Origin: Woeseiaceae bacterium
GTDB taxonomy: Bacteria > Pseudomonadota > Gammaproteobacteria > Steroidobacterales > Woeseiaceae
DNA: 38,619 nucleotides
Direction: 5' to 3'
Assembly (NCBI GenBank): GCA_033721115.1
Contig: JAWWBD010000001.1
Span: 1 to 38,619 of the forward strand
The position numbers were made by a program, and so were the translations under genes. Of this stretch, positions 16,802-26,700 are shown in pieces. The notes below the pieces were generated by a model. The model worked only from the letters and a program-made list of their open reading frames with translations. It was not told the DNA's origin and searched no databases. Numbering within the stretch: the first letter of the stretch is position 1; every line of letters starts with the position of its first letter.

Positions 16802-18163
16802 ATGAACTTTCGCTTGGCTTTCATCGCTGCAGGCGCTTTCGCCCTCGCAGCCTGCGATTCCGACAACAACAACCGGAACGCACCCGACCCGGTCGGCCTC
16901 GCCGCCATCCAGGTCATCCACGGATCGCCCGACGCGCCGGCGGTCAACGTGACGGCAAACGGCAACCCGGTACTGACCGATTTCGACTTCGGTGAAAGTT
17001 CGGGCCTGATCAACGTCGAAGCAGGCACGTACTCGATCGCCGTCGACGGCATCCTGCCGGGCGGCACGGCGACCGTCATCGGCCCGGTGGACCTCACGTT
17101 CGAAGCGGGGCAGGTCTACACGATCGCCGCGCTGAACAGCTGCGGCGACGCTGCCTGTTCTGGCATAGAGGCCTTCGTGTCGTCGGGCGTGGCGGACGTA
17201 CCGGTCTCGGCCGGCAGCGCGCGCCTCTACGTCGTGCACGGCGTACCGGGCGTCGCGGTCGACGTTTACGTGACCGACCCCGCGGCCGTGCTGGCCAACG
17301 AAGCCCCGACCGCGACGTTCAACTATCAGGACGTCATCGGTCCGGTCGAAGTTCCTGCCGACAATTACCGGATCCGCGTCACGCTGGCGGGCGACAGCGA
17401 AGCGGTTGTTTTCGACTCCGGTGAGATCGCGCTGGGCGACGGTACCGACCTGCGCCTCGCCGCCGTGCCGAACGTCTATGGCGGCCCGGGCGCGCTGTCA
17501 CTCATCGGCGTCAGCAACGCCGGCCCCGTGCAGCTCCTTGATGCCGGCACGCCCACTGCCGTCCGGATCGGGCACCTGTCGCCGGACACCGGCGCGGTCG
17601 ACGTCATCGTCGACGGCGACGTCCTGCTCGACGACGTGACCTTCCCGGCCGTCACCGGTTTCACGCCGCTCCCGCCGGCCACGTACAACGTTTCGGTGAC
17701 CGACGGCGACCAGACGATCGTCGCGATCGGCCCGGTCGACCTCACGTTCGAAGCAGCGACCTGGTACACGATTCTTGCCGTCGACGAGTTTGCAGCGATC
17801 GAGCCGCTGATCGCGACCGATGACCCGCGTCCGCTGGCGACCAGCGCCAAGGTGCGGATCATCCACGCCGCATCAGCCGATGCCGCCGATCCGGTCGACA
17901 TCTGGGTCACGGAGCCGGGCGCGGCGATCACCGACGTCGTCCCGACGCTCTCCGCGGTACCGTTCAAGGCGAATACGGGCTACCTGGCCCTGCCGGCCGG
18001 CACCTACGAGGTCAACGTGGCACCCGCGGGCACGACGAACGCGGTGATCACCGGGACCATCGAGATCGCGAACGGCGGCGTCTACACGGCGATCGCACGC
18101 GACCCCGAGCCCGAGTCGATGGAATTCGGCCTGATCGTACTCCCCGACGTGATCGACGACTGA
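16802..18163 (+). CDS. lipoprotein with four tandem DUF4397-like modules
   Basis: A lipobox (FALAAC) is present and AAGGAG lies 8 nt upstream of the ATG. Four modules of about 105 aa each open with a hydrophobic-x-hydrophobic-H motif: IQVIHGSPDAPAVNV, RLYVVHGVPGVAVDVYV, VRIGHLSPDTGAVDVIV, VRIIHAASADAADPVDIWV. Confidence 0.75.
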   Translation: MNFRLAFIAAGAFALAACDSDNNNRNAPDPVGLAAIQVIHGSPDAPAVNVTANGNPVLTDFDFGESSGLINVEAGTYSIAVDGILPGGTATVIGPVDLTFEAGQVYTIAALNSCGDAACSGIEAFVSSGVADVPVSAGSARLYVVHGVPGVAVDVYVTDPAAVLANEAPTATFNYQDVIGPVEVPADNYRIRVTLAGDSEAVVFDSGEIALGDGTDLRLAAVPNVYGGPGALSLIGVSNAGPVQLLDAGTPTAVRIGHLSPDTGAVDVIVDGDVLLDDVTFPAVTGFTPLPPATYNVSVTDGDQTIVAIGPVDLTFEAATWYTILAVDEFAAIEPLIATDDPRPLATSAKVRIIHAASADAADPVDIWVTEPGAAITDVVPTLSAVPFKANTGYLALPAGTYEVNVAPAGTTNAVITGTIEIANGGVYTAIARDPEPESMEFGLIVLPDVIDD

Positions 18164-18213
18164 ATCCTGAACGCATCCCCCCGAAACCAACTGGTTTCAT
18201 GCGTCCCCATTAT

Positions 18214-18240
18214 CCCCGCCTCGCGCGGGGATTTTTTTGT
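18214..18240 (+). terminator. rho-independent terminator downstream of the DUF4397 gene
   Basis: The stem is CCCCGC (18214-19) / GCGGGG (18225-30) with a 5-nt loop, followed by A plus a run of seven T (18232-18238). A second small hairpin, GAAACC-AACT-GGTTTC, lies at 18183-18198. Confidence 0.7.
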
Positions 18241-18271
18241 CCGGCGCGGATGTCGCATACTCCCTCGAGCG

Positions 18272-18994
18272 ATGAACACGACCGTGCCCACGATCTCTGC
18301 CGTCGGCCTGACGCTGACGTTCCTGCCCGCGATTCTCGCGCTCGCGATCATGCATCGCTGGCGGGCGGGGGCACAGACCGCGCTGTATGCAACGATCCGG
18401 ATGCTGGTGCAGCTGACGCTGATCGGCTACGTGCTCATCGCGATTTTCGAGGCCGATCACCTCGGCGTCATTGCCCTGGTGCTCGCGATCATGCTGGTGA
18501 TATCGAGCTGGATCGCGGTGCGCACGGTCCGGGCCGGCCGCCGCCGGGCCTACTGGCTCGCGCTGGCGGCTATCACCATCGCCGGGCTCGGGACACTGGG
18601 GCCCGTCACACAGTTCGTGATCGGCGTCGAGCCCTGGTTCAGCCCGCGGTTCGTCATCCCGCTCGCCGGGATGATCTTTGCGAGCTGCATGAACGCGGTG
18701 AGCCTCGCCGCGGAGCGATTCGAGGCCGAGACGGAGCGCGGCGTCGCTTATGGCCAGGCACGGCGCGCCGCGCTCGACACGGCGCTGATACCGGTCGTCA
18801 ATTCGCTGTTCGCCGTCGGCCTCGTTTCGCTGCCCGGCATGATGACCGGCCAGATCCTGTCCGGCGTGTCGCCACTGATTGCAGCCAAGTACCAGATCGT
18901 GGTCATGACGACGCTGTTCGGCGCCGCGGGTATCGCCGCAGCGATTTACCTGTACCTCGCCGGATCGCGGACCCGGCAGCCCGACCCGGTATAA
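18272..18994 (+). CDS. fetB: FetB/YbbM-family (UPF0014) ABC-type permease, no adjacent ATPase
   Basis: 240 aa with multiple TM helices. The family-typical segment is TIRMLVQLTLIGYVLIAIF, and the C-terminal half reads SLPGMMTGQILSG. No partner ATPase gene is encoded on either side. Confidence 0.6.
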   Translation: MNTTVPTISAVGLTLTFLPAILALAIMHRWRAGAQTALYATIRMLVQLTLIGYVLIAIFEADHLGVIALVLAIMLVISSWIAVRTVRAGRRRAYWLALAAITIAGLGTLGPVTQFVIGVEPWFSPRFVIPLAGMIFASCMNAVSLAAERFEAETERGVAYGQARRAALDTALIPVVNSLFAVGLVSLPGMMTGQILSGVSPLIAAKYQIVVMTTLFGAAGIAAAIYLYLAGSRTRQPDPV

Positions 18995-19042
18995 TCGCGC
19001 TTCCTGCGGGCCGGGCCCGCGCCGCATGCCGATCGCGTACCG

Positions 19043-19942
19043 ATGCTCGCAGACATCCGCAATTTCCTGGAGTTCTCTCTCGTGACCGCGCCGAGCGGCC
19101 AGCCGATTACGGTCGGGCAGATCCTGCTCGTCCTGCTGCTGCTGTTTTTGGGTTACCTGTTCAGCCGCCTCGTCGGCTTCCTGCTCGAACGGCGCCTGCA
19201 CTCGGCGAAACTGCGCCCCGACCTCATCCACACGCTCAAACGCATTACTTTCATCACGATCCTCGTGCTGGTCGTGCTGACTGCGCTGAGCCTGCTCGGC
19301 ATCCCGCTCACCGCGTTCGCGTTCGCGACGGGCGCGATCGCGATCGGCGTCGGCTTCGGGGCCCAGAACATCATCAACAACTTCATCAGCGGCTGGATCC
19401 TGATGGCGGAACGCCCGATCCGCATCGACGACACGATCGAGCTCGACGGCAACCTGGGAACGGTCGAGAACATCGGCACGCGCTCGACGCGGATCCGCCG
19501 GATGGACGGCGTGCACCTGCTGGTCCCGAACAGCCACCTCCTCGAACGCACGGTCATCAACCGCACGCTCGTCGACCTGCAGATGCGCACCCAGATCCGC
19601 GTGGGCGTCGCCTACGGCTCGCCGGTCAAGCGCGTTGCAGAACTCATCCTCCAGGCCGTCAGGGAGCAGCCGGAGGTCAAGAGCGACCCGGAACCGACCG
19701 TGATATTCGAGGACTTCGGCGACAACGCCCTGATCTTCGATGCCTACTTCTGGAGCGACCTCGGTGCCGAGCGGATGCTGCGCAGGATTCGAAGCTCGAT
19801 CCGGTTCCGGATCTCCGAGCTGTTCGAAGCCGAAGGCATCGTGATCGCATTCCCGCAGCGGGACGTGCACCTCGACGCCGCGGCGCCGCTCCCGGTGCAG
19901 GTCATTCGCACAGACCCGGCGCCGGACAAGGACCGCGGCTGA
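19043..19942 (+). CDS. small-conductance mechanosensitive channel (MscS family)
   Basis: Three N-terminal TM helices precede the MscS core: GFGAQNIINNFISGWILMAERPIRIDDTIELDGNLGTVENIGTRSTRIRRMDGVHLLVPNSHL. Confidence 0.85.
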   Translation: MLADIRNFLEFSLVTAPSGQPITVGQILLVLLLLFLGYLFSRLVGFLLERRLHSAKLRPDLIHTLKRITFITILVLVVLTALSLLGIPLTAFAFATGAIAIGVGFGAQNIINNFISGWILMAERPIRIDDTIELDGNLGTVENIGTRSTRIRRMDGVHLLVPNSHLLERTVINRTLVDLQMRTQIRVGVAYGSPVKRVAELILQAVREQPEVKSDPEPTVIFEDFGDNALIFDAYFWSDLGAERMLRRIRSSIRFRISELFEAEGIVIAFPQRDVHLDAAAPLPVQVIRTDPAPDKDRG

Positions 19943-20920
19943 TCAGCCCCCCGAGATCCGGGCGATCGCGTAGCAGGCGTAGGCCACGATGAACAGGGCG
20001 CCCGCCGGCCGGCCGAGACGCGCACTGCCGAGCAGGAAAACCGGCAGGATCGCTGCCGCCAGCAGCCAGGACACGACGAGGTCGCCGACGCCGCCGGCCG
20101 GCACCCGGATCGGCGCGATCAGGCCGCTGACGGGAAGGACGATGAGCGAATTGAAGATATTCGAGCCGATGACGTTGCCGAGCGCCAGGTCCGACTCGTC
20201 CTTGATCGCAGCGATGACCGACGTCACGAGCTCCGGCATGCTCGTCCCCACGGCGACGACGAAAAGCCCGACGATTGCCGGCGCCACGCCCAGCCGTTCC
20301 GACAGCGCAATGCCGTTCCTGATCGTGATCTCCCCGCCGAGGAACAGGAGTCCGCAGCCGCCGATGATGAGCAGCCATTGCCAGCGGCTCGCGCCGGGCG
20401 CCAGCACCTGCGTATGCCCGCCGATGTCGGCGAAGAGCTTGTCACCTTCGCGCATGCCCTTCAGGTCGAGCGCAACGAAATAGAGGAAGATGCAGAACAT
20501 CAGCATCAGCAGGATGGAATCGGACCGGCCGATCCGGGCCGGCTCGCCCTCGAGCGGGCCGTCGAGGGCCATGACGGCCATCATCGTCGTCGCGAGCAGG
20601 AACAGCGGCAGCTCCCGCCGTACCGCGTCGCCCTGGAGCGCAATCGGGGTCATCAGTGCCGCCGCCCCCAGGACGAGGCCGAGGTTGCTGATGTTCGAGC
20701 CGACGACGTTACCGAAAGCAAGGCCGGTTTCGCCTTCGAGCGCACCGATTATGTTGACCACGAGCTCCGGGGCGCTCGTCCCGAAACCGACGATTGTCAG
20801 TCCCACGATCATCGGCGAAATGCCGAGAGTTGTTGCGAGCTCCGAGGCGCCGCGTACGAGCAACGCGCCGCCCCCGATCAGCAGCACGAGCCCGAGTACG
20901 ATGCCGGCAAAGGCGAGCAT
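19943..20920 (-). CDS. calcium/cation antiporter (CaCA family, YrbG-like)
   Basis: Two alpha-repeat motifs are present: GTSAPELVVNIIGAL...GNVVGSNISNLGLVLG and GTSMPELVTSVIAAI...GNVIGSNIFNSLIVL. Length is 325 aa. Its stop abuts the MscS stop with zero spacer (TGATCA). Confidence 0.85.
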   Translation of the reverse strand: MLAFAGIVLGLVLLIGGGALLVRGASELATTLGISPMIVGLTIVGFGTSAPELVVNIIGALEGETGLAFGNVVGSNISNLGLVLGAAALMTPIALQGDAVRRELPLFLLATTMMAVMALDGPLEGEPARIGRSDSILLMLMFCIFLYFVALDLKGMREGDKLFADIGGHTQVLAPGASRWQWLLIIGGCGLLFLGGEITIRNGIALSERLGVAPAIVGLFVVAVGTSMPELVTSVIAAIKDESDLALGNVIGSNIFNSLIVLPVSGLIAPIRVPAGGVGDLVVSWLLAAAILPVFLLGSARLGRPAGALFIVAYACYAIARISGG

Positions 20921-21027
20921 GGCACGAGCTTACACTCTTTCCGGGGCCGGTTTGGTATAACAAACGCTGCCGAAAGGCCTCTAAGCACTGTGCGCAATAC
21001 AGCCAGGGAATCCCATTGACCCAGACC

Positions 21028-21993
21028 ATGCCAAACTTCCTGTTCAGCTGCCTGCTCGACGGTCCGCGCCGCGGCGAGGACCTCGACGTGGCCGCCATCC
21101 GCGGCTGGACGCCCGCCGACGGCAAACTGTGGCTGCACATCGACGTCCGCGACCAGCCCTCGCGGGACTGGCTCATCGACGAGAGCGGCTTGCCGGACGA
21201 GGCCGTGGACACGCTGCTCGCCGAGGAAACCCGGCCGCGCTCACACGTTATCGGGGACGGTGCGTTGCTCGTGCTGCGTGGCGTCAACACGAACCCGGGC
21301 CAGGATCCCGAGGACATGGTCTCGGTGCGGGTCTGGATCGACGGGGACCGCGTCATCAGTTCCCGCAGGCGCCGGCTGCTGTCGGTCATCGACGTCCACG
21401 ACGCGATTCGCGCAGGCGAGGGGCCGGAAACGCCGGGCGAGTTCCTCGCCGCGGTCATCGAGCGTCTCGCCGACCGGATCGGCGACTTCGTCGACTCGAT
21501 CGAGGACCGCATCGACGCCGCCGAAGACGCCATCGAGACCGAGTCGGCTGCGACCACGCGGCCGCAGCTTGCCGCACTCAGGCGACAGATTGCCTCCGTC
21601 CGGCGCTTCCTGGCGCCGCAGCGCGACGCCCTCGATCGATTGAACCGGCATCCCCCGGCCTGCCTCTCGGTGACGGATTCGCAGGCGTTGCGTGAAGAGG
21701 CCGACCGCATTACGCGTTACCTCGAAGACCTGGATCTCGCCCGTGAGCGCGCGATCGTCCTGCAGGAGGAACTGCTGAGCAAGGTGGCCCAGGAGCAGAA
21801 CTCGCGCATGTACGTGCTGTCCATCGTCGCTGCGCTCTTTCTGCCCCTGACCTTCGTCACCGGACTGCTCGGCATGAACGTGGGCGGACTGCCCGGCCTC
21901 GAGAATGCACGCGGATTCCTGAATTCGGTGCTCGTGATGGGCGTCGCGGCCGTGGTGCTGTTCGTTTTCTTCCGCTGGAAGAAGTGGCTGTAG
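21028..21993 (+). CDS. zntB: CorA-superfamily divalent cation transporter, ZntB-like
   Basis: I moved the start to ATG 21028 (MPNFLFSCLLDG...). The C-terminus has two TM helices with the GMN signature (FVTGLLGMNVGGLPG). Length is 321 aa. The upstream part of the listed ORF overlaps the divergent CaCA gene. Confidence 0.75.
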   Translation: MPNFLFSCLLDGPRRGEDLDVAAIRGWTPADGKLWLHIDVRDQPSRDWLIDESGLPDEAVDTLLAEETRPRSHVIGDGALLVLRGVNTNPGQDPEDMVSVRVWIDGDRVISSRRRRLLSVIDVHDAIRAGEGPETPGEFLAAVIERLADRIGDFVDSIEDRIDAAEDAIETESAATTRPQLAALRRQIASVRRFLAPQRDALDRLNRHPPACLSVTDSQALREEADRITRYLEDLDLARERAIVLQEELLSKVAQEQNSRMYVLSIVAALFLPLTFVTGLLGMNVGGLPGLENARGFLNSVLVMGVAAVVLFVFFRWKKWL

Positions 21994-21997
21994 GTCC

Positions 21998-23731
21998 TTG
22001 CGCCGCGACGACCTGATTCGCCCGCACGCGGGGCGACTGCTGGCCTGCCTGCTCTTGATACCAGGCGCGGCGGTCGCGGAGCTCCGCATTTCGGACATCG
22101 ACCGCGAACTCGAGCGCAACATCCGCACCTACGTGGCACTCGCAAGCGAGCCCTGCGACGCGGAAGCGTGGCGCATCCGGCGCCGTTTTCGCAACGTCGA
22201 AAAAGAAACGCGGGAGGCGCTCCAGCCCTTCGGATACTACTCGCCCGCCGTCTCGGCCACGCTCGAAATGCGCGACGAGTGCTGGCACGTAGACCTGGAC
22301 GTCGTGCCCGGCGAACCGGTCCGCCTGCGCGACATCGACATCGACATCCGCGGCGAAGCGGCAGAGGATCCCGCCTTCGCAGAGCTCGAACCGACGGGCC
22401 TCACGGCCGGCGCCCGCCTCAGGCACGCGGACTACGAACGCTACAAGCAGTCGATCCAGGTCCTCGCCGCGGATCGCGGATATATCGACGCCGAGTTCGT
22501 CCGGAGCCGGCTCGACGTCTGGCCGGACGAGCTGGCTGCCGACGTAACGCTCCACTTCGAGAGCGGTGCACGCTACCGGCTCGGCGACATCCGCCAGGAA
22601 CAGGACTTCCTCGACCCGGCCGTGGTGTCCGGCTACCTCGATCTCGAGGAAGACACGCCGTTCGACGGCCGCGAACTCGCGCGCGCCTACCGGGACCTGT
22701 CGGACAGCGGCTACTTCGGGCGTGTCGAGATCGTGCCGCTGCACGAACAGGCAGACGACGGCAGGATCCCCGTGCGCGTCACGCTGACGCCCGGAACCCG
22801 CATCGAGTACACGGTCGGCGTCGGCGCATCGACGGATACGGGGCCGCGCTTCCGCGCCGGGTTCCGCAACAACCGGCTGAACCCCGACGGGCACCGGCTC
22901 ATCACCGATCTGAACGTCTCGACGGCGCTCAAGGGCCTGTCCGGCGAGTACCGGATGCCACTGACGGACCCGCGCAGCGACTGGATGAGCTATACGGCTG
23001 CGCTGACCCGCGAGACGGTGGATACCTTCGACAACGATACGGCGCGCGTCGGTCTCAGGCGCTCGAAGCGTCTCAACCCGGCGTGGATCAGGACGCTGTC
23101 CTTCGACGTGACCTATGAAAGCTACACGGTGGCCACCGAGCGCGACAACAGCCTGCTCGTCCTGCCCGGCATCGCTTTCGACCACAAGTTCGCGAACCGC
23201 GACCTCTATCCCAACCGCGGCCGCCGCTTGGGGATCGAGCTGATCGGCACGAGCCGGGCGCTCGGTTCGGGGACGTCTTTCGCGCAGGTCAAGGCGTTCA
23301 CCCGCTGGGTACGGGGGCTCGGCGAGAACAGCCGGCTCATCGCGCGGGCCACGGCGGGCACGACGCTCAAATCGGAATTCGACGAGCTGCCACCGTCGGT
23401 ACGTTTTTTCGCGGGCGGCGACGAGTCGATCCGGGGCTTTGCGTATGAAAGTCTCGGTCCCGAAGACGACGAGGGCAACGTCATCGGGGGCAGCAATCTG
23501 CTCGTCGCCAGCATCGAAGTCGAACGCCGGATCCGCGGCAACTATTTCGGGGCCGTCTTCGCCGATGCAGGGAACGCCTTCGACGACGTCGACGTGGACC
23601 CGGCGGCCGGTGCCGGCTTCGGCATCAAGTGGCGCTCGCCACTCGGCCCGGTCCGCGTTTACGTCGGCTTCCCGCTGACCGGCGAGGAATCGGGTCCGCG
23701 GCTGCACATCCGGCTGGGGCCGGACCTGTGA
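21998..23731 (+). CDS. tamA: translocation and assembly module outer-membrane component TamA (Omp85 family)
   Basis: 577 aa. A signal peptide (...LLLIPGAAVA) is followed by POTRA-like repeats and an Omp85 barrel (FFAGGDESIRGFAYESLGP, ...GAGFGIKWRSPLGPVRVYVGFPL). It has a TTG start 4 nt after the zntB stop, with no in-frame ATG nearby. Confidence 0.85.
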   Translation: MRRDDLIRPHAGRLLACLLLIPGAAVAELRISDIDRELERNIRTYVALASEPCDAEAWRIRRRFRNVEKETREALQPFGYYSPAVSATLEMRDECWHVDLDVVPGEPVRLRDIDIDIRGEAAEDPAFAELEPTGLTAGARLRHADYERYKQSIQVLAADRGYIDAEFVRSRLDVWPDELAADVTLHFESGARYRLGDIRQEQDFLDPAVVSGYLDLEEDTPFDGRELARAYRDLSDSGYFGRVEIVPLHEQADDGRIPVRVTLTPGTRIEYTVGVGASTDTGPRFRAGFRNNRLNPDGHRLITDLNVSTALKGLSGEYRMPLTDPRSDWMSYTAALTRETVDTFDNDTARVGLRRSKRLNPAWIRTLSFDVTYESYTVATERDNSLLVLPGIAFDHKFANRDLYPNRGRRLGIELIGTSRALGSGTSFAQVKAFTRWVRGLGENSRLIARATAGTTLKSEFDELPPSVRFFAGGDESIRGFAYESLGPEDDEGNVIGGSNLLVASIEVERRIRGNYFGAVFADAGNAFDDVDVDPAAGAGFGIKWRSPLGPVRVYVGFPLTGEESGPRLHIRLGPDL

Positions 23732-26700
23732 GAGCCGTTCGCTGGTTCATACGAATCACGGCGACGATCATCCTGGTCGCGCTGCTGGGCATTGCCGCCG
23801 TCGGTATCGTCATCGGCACGGAGAAAGGTACGCGCTGGGCACTGGGCGTCGTCGCAGGGTATGCGCCCGGCGAACTGGTGCTCGCCGGGCCCTCGGGCTC
23901 GCTGCTCGGGGGCCTGACCCTCGAGCGGCTCGATTGGCAAAACGAAACCACGGCCATCAGCGCCGAACAGGTCCTGCTGAACATCGACCTTTTGCCGCTT
24001 CTCAGGCGCCGGCTCGACGTACACGCGCTCGCAATGGAACGCTTCGAATTGCGGCTCCCCGAACCTGACCCGGACGCAGAGGAAGGGGAACCGCTGGCCG
24101 TCGGGCTGCCGATCGACATCGGCATCGCCGATGCGAGAATCGCCGCCATCGCAATCCTGCGCGGCGAGTCGAGCTATGCGATCAGGGATACCGCTTTCGC
24201 CGCGACGCTGGAAGGTCCGCGACTCACCGCATCCCGGCTCACGGCCGCAGCTTTCGGGCTGGTTTTCGACATTGAAGGCCGGGTGCGCCTGGCCGGCGAA
24301 ATGCCGGTGCGCCTGAGCGGGCAATGGCGGCAGGCAGACGGCGCCGAGCCGGGTCTCGCCGGCTCGGCGCGACTTGCAGGGCAGGACAACGTCTTCACGG
24401 TTCAACACGATCTGTCCGCGCCGGTCGCCGTGGCCTCACAGGGATCACTCCGGGTTGCCGACGAGGGACTGGTCTTCGATGTCGTCAATACCTGGAACGA
24501 GATCCGGCGCGAGATCGGCGGCCGGGAACTGGTCACGCCCGGCGGCACGCTCGTCACCCGGGGCACGCTCGACGCGCTCGCGGTCGAACTGGAGACCCGC
24601 GCCCGGTACGGCGACTACCCCGCGACAGACATCCGGCTGGCGGGCGTGACGGACCTCGAATCGATTCGTATCGACAGCCTGCTCCTCGACAACGACCTGA
24701 CCCGCGCGGACATCGACGGCAGCGCATCACTCGTGCCCGACCCGAACGCCGACATCGCCTTTCGCCTGACCGGCCTCGACCCGGCCCGCCTCCGGCCCGG
24801 GGTCGAGGGCGAACTCGCCGCCGACGGCACGGCAGCGATCCGCCTGCCGGCGTCGGGGCTCGAGGTCGATCTCCGCATCGCGGCGCTCGACGGCACGTTC
24901 GAGGGCCACGCAGTCGCGGCCAACGGCAGCGTCGATATCCGGCCGGAGGGAATCGAGGTCCCTGCGGCCGAGCTCCGTCTCGGCGGGAACGCGGTCTCGG
25001 CGAGCGGCCGGCTCGACGAGCGCGTGAACCTGACCGCCCGGCTCGAGCTCGACGCCATCGGTGAGTTGCTCCCGGCGGCGGCCGGTTCCGCCGTCGTCGA
25101 CGTCGAGCTGGCGGGGCCGCGGGACGCCCCGGCCGGCGTGATCAGCGTTACCGGGACGGGACTCGGTTACGGGACCGCGGCCGTCGAGACGGCATCGGTG
25201 ACGGTCCGCGGTTCCCTCGCGAGCCACACGATCACGGGCACGCTCTACGCCTACGAGACCGACATCGAGGTCGAGGCAGCAGGTTCCCTCGAGGCGGGTG
25301 GCTGGGCGGGCGAGGCGCGGCGCCTGGCGCTGGCGCGAGACGGCCTGGGCCGCTGGACGACGAAGCAGCCGGCCGCCGTCAGCGTCGGGCCTGACGCGGT
25401 CCGGGTCGACGAACTCTGCTTCCTGCGGGACAGCGACGGAACCGAGTCCTGTGCCGACGTCGACTACCGCCGCGAAGGCCGCTCGGAATTCACGGCCTCG
25501 ATCGCCGGGCTGCCGGTGACGGCGCTGCCCTTCGTCGCACCCGCCGGCGTCACGGTCACGGGCACCATCGGCGCACAGGCGCGCGGCACGCTGGAAAACG
25601 GCCTCCTCAATGCCGCGGCGGAACTCACGGCTGCGGGTGCCTCTGTCAGCGCGAGCTACGAGGGCGAGGAGACCCGGGTCGCATTCGACGAGGTTGCGGC
25701 CACGGCCACGGTGACGGACAACCGGCTCGCGTCGTCGCTCTCGATCAGCCTCGGCGAAGACGCGGGCGGCCTGACCGGTGAACTGAACGTAGCGGACCTG
25801 GCGGCCGCCGACGCGCCGATCGACGGGCGCGCCAGCGTGTCGCTCCGCGACGCCGCCATATTCGATGTGTTCCTGCCGGCGATTGCGAATCCGCGCGGCA
25901 CCATCGGGGGCACGATCGAGTTTTCCGGCACGCGCGCCGCGCCCGAGTTCGTCGGCGACATCCGGCTGAGCGACGGCTCGTTTGCCGTGCGGCCGGCCGG
26001 GATCACGGTCACGGAGGTCACGCTGCGCGCGCAGCAGCTCGGGCCAGGCCGGCTCCGCGTGACGGGCGATGCGCGCTCCGGGGAGGGCCGTGTGTCCGTT
26101 ACGGCCAACACGATGTTTGCGACCGACACGGGAATGCGTTCGGAGGTACGCCTCGAGGGCGAAAACTTCGAGCTTTTGCGGCAGCCGGACTGGCGCGTGT
26201 CGGCGTCGCCGAGGATCGACATACTGTTCGATGAGCGGACGGCCATCGTCACGGGCAGCCTCGCGATCCCGCAGGCCGACATCCGGGTGCAGACCATCCC
26301 GGAGACCGCGGTGCGGCCGACACCCGACGCCGTCGTACATACGGCGGGCGAAATGGGCCAGCAGACCGGACGCCACATCGAAATCGACGTCGACACGACG
26401 CTCGGCAAGGACGTGCGCTTCGAAGGCTTCGGTCTCACGACCAACCTCGCGGGCGCCGTTCGCGTCCAGGGCGGCTCGCAGCAGCCGTACCTCGGTTTCG
26501 GCCAGGTCGACCTGGAGGGCGGCCGCTACGAAGCCTACGGCCAGGACCTGACGATCGAGCAGGGCCGCCTGATCTTCAACGGGCCCCTGGCGTCGCCGAC
26601 GCTCGATATCCGCGCGACCCGGCGCGTCGACAGCGTCGTCGCCGGTATCCACGTGACCGGTCGTCCCGCGCAGCTGCGCTCCACGGTCTTCAGCGAGCCT

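Noticed and set aside
18197-19992. 557-aa minus-strand and 597-aa plus-strand ORFs spanning the FetB and MscS region
   Set aside because: Both are extremely Arg/Asp/Pro/His-rich and lie out of frame or antisense to two genes with clean membrane-protein translations. They are shadow ORFs.
21857-23707. 616-aa ORF on the minus strand
   Set aside because: It is the antisense shadow of tamA, with Arg/Pro/Ala-rich low-complexity translation.
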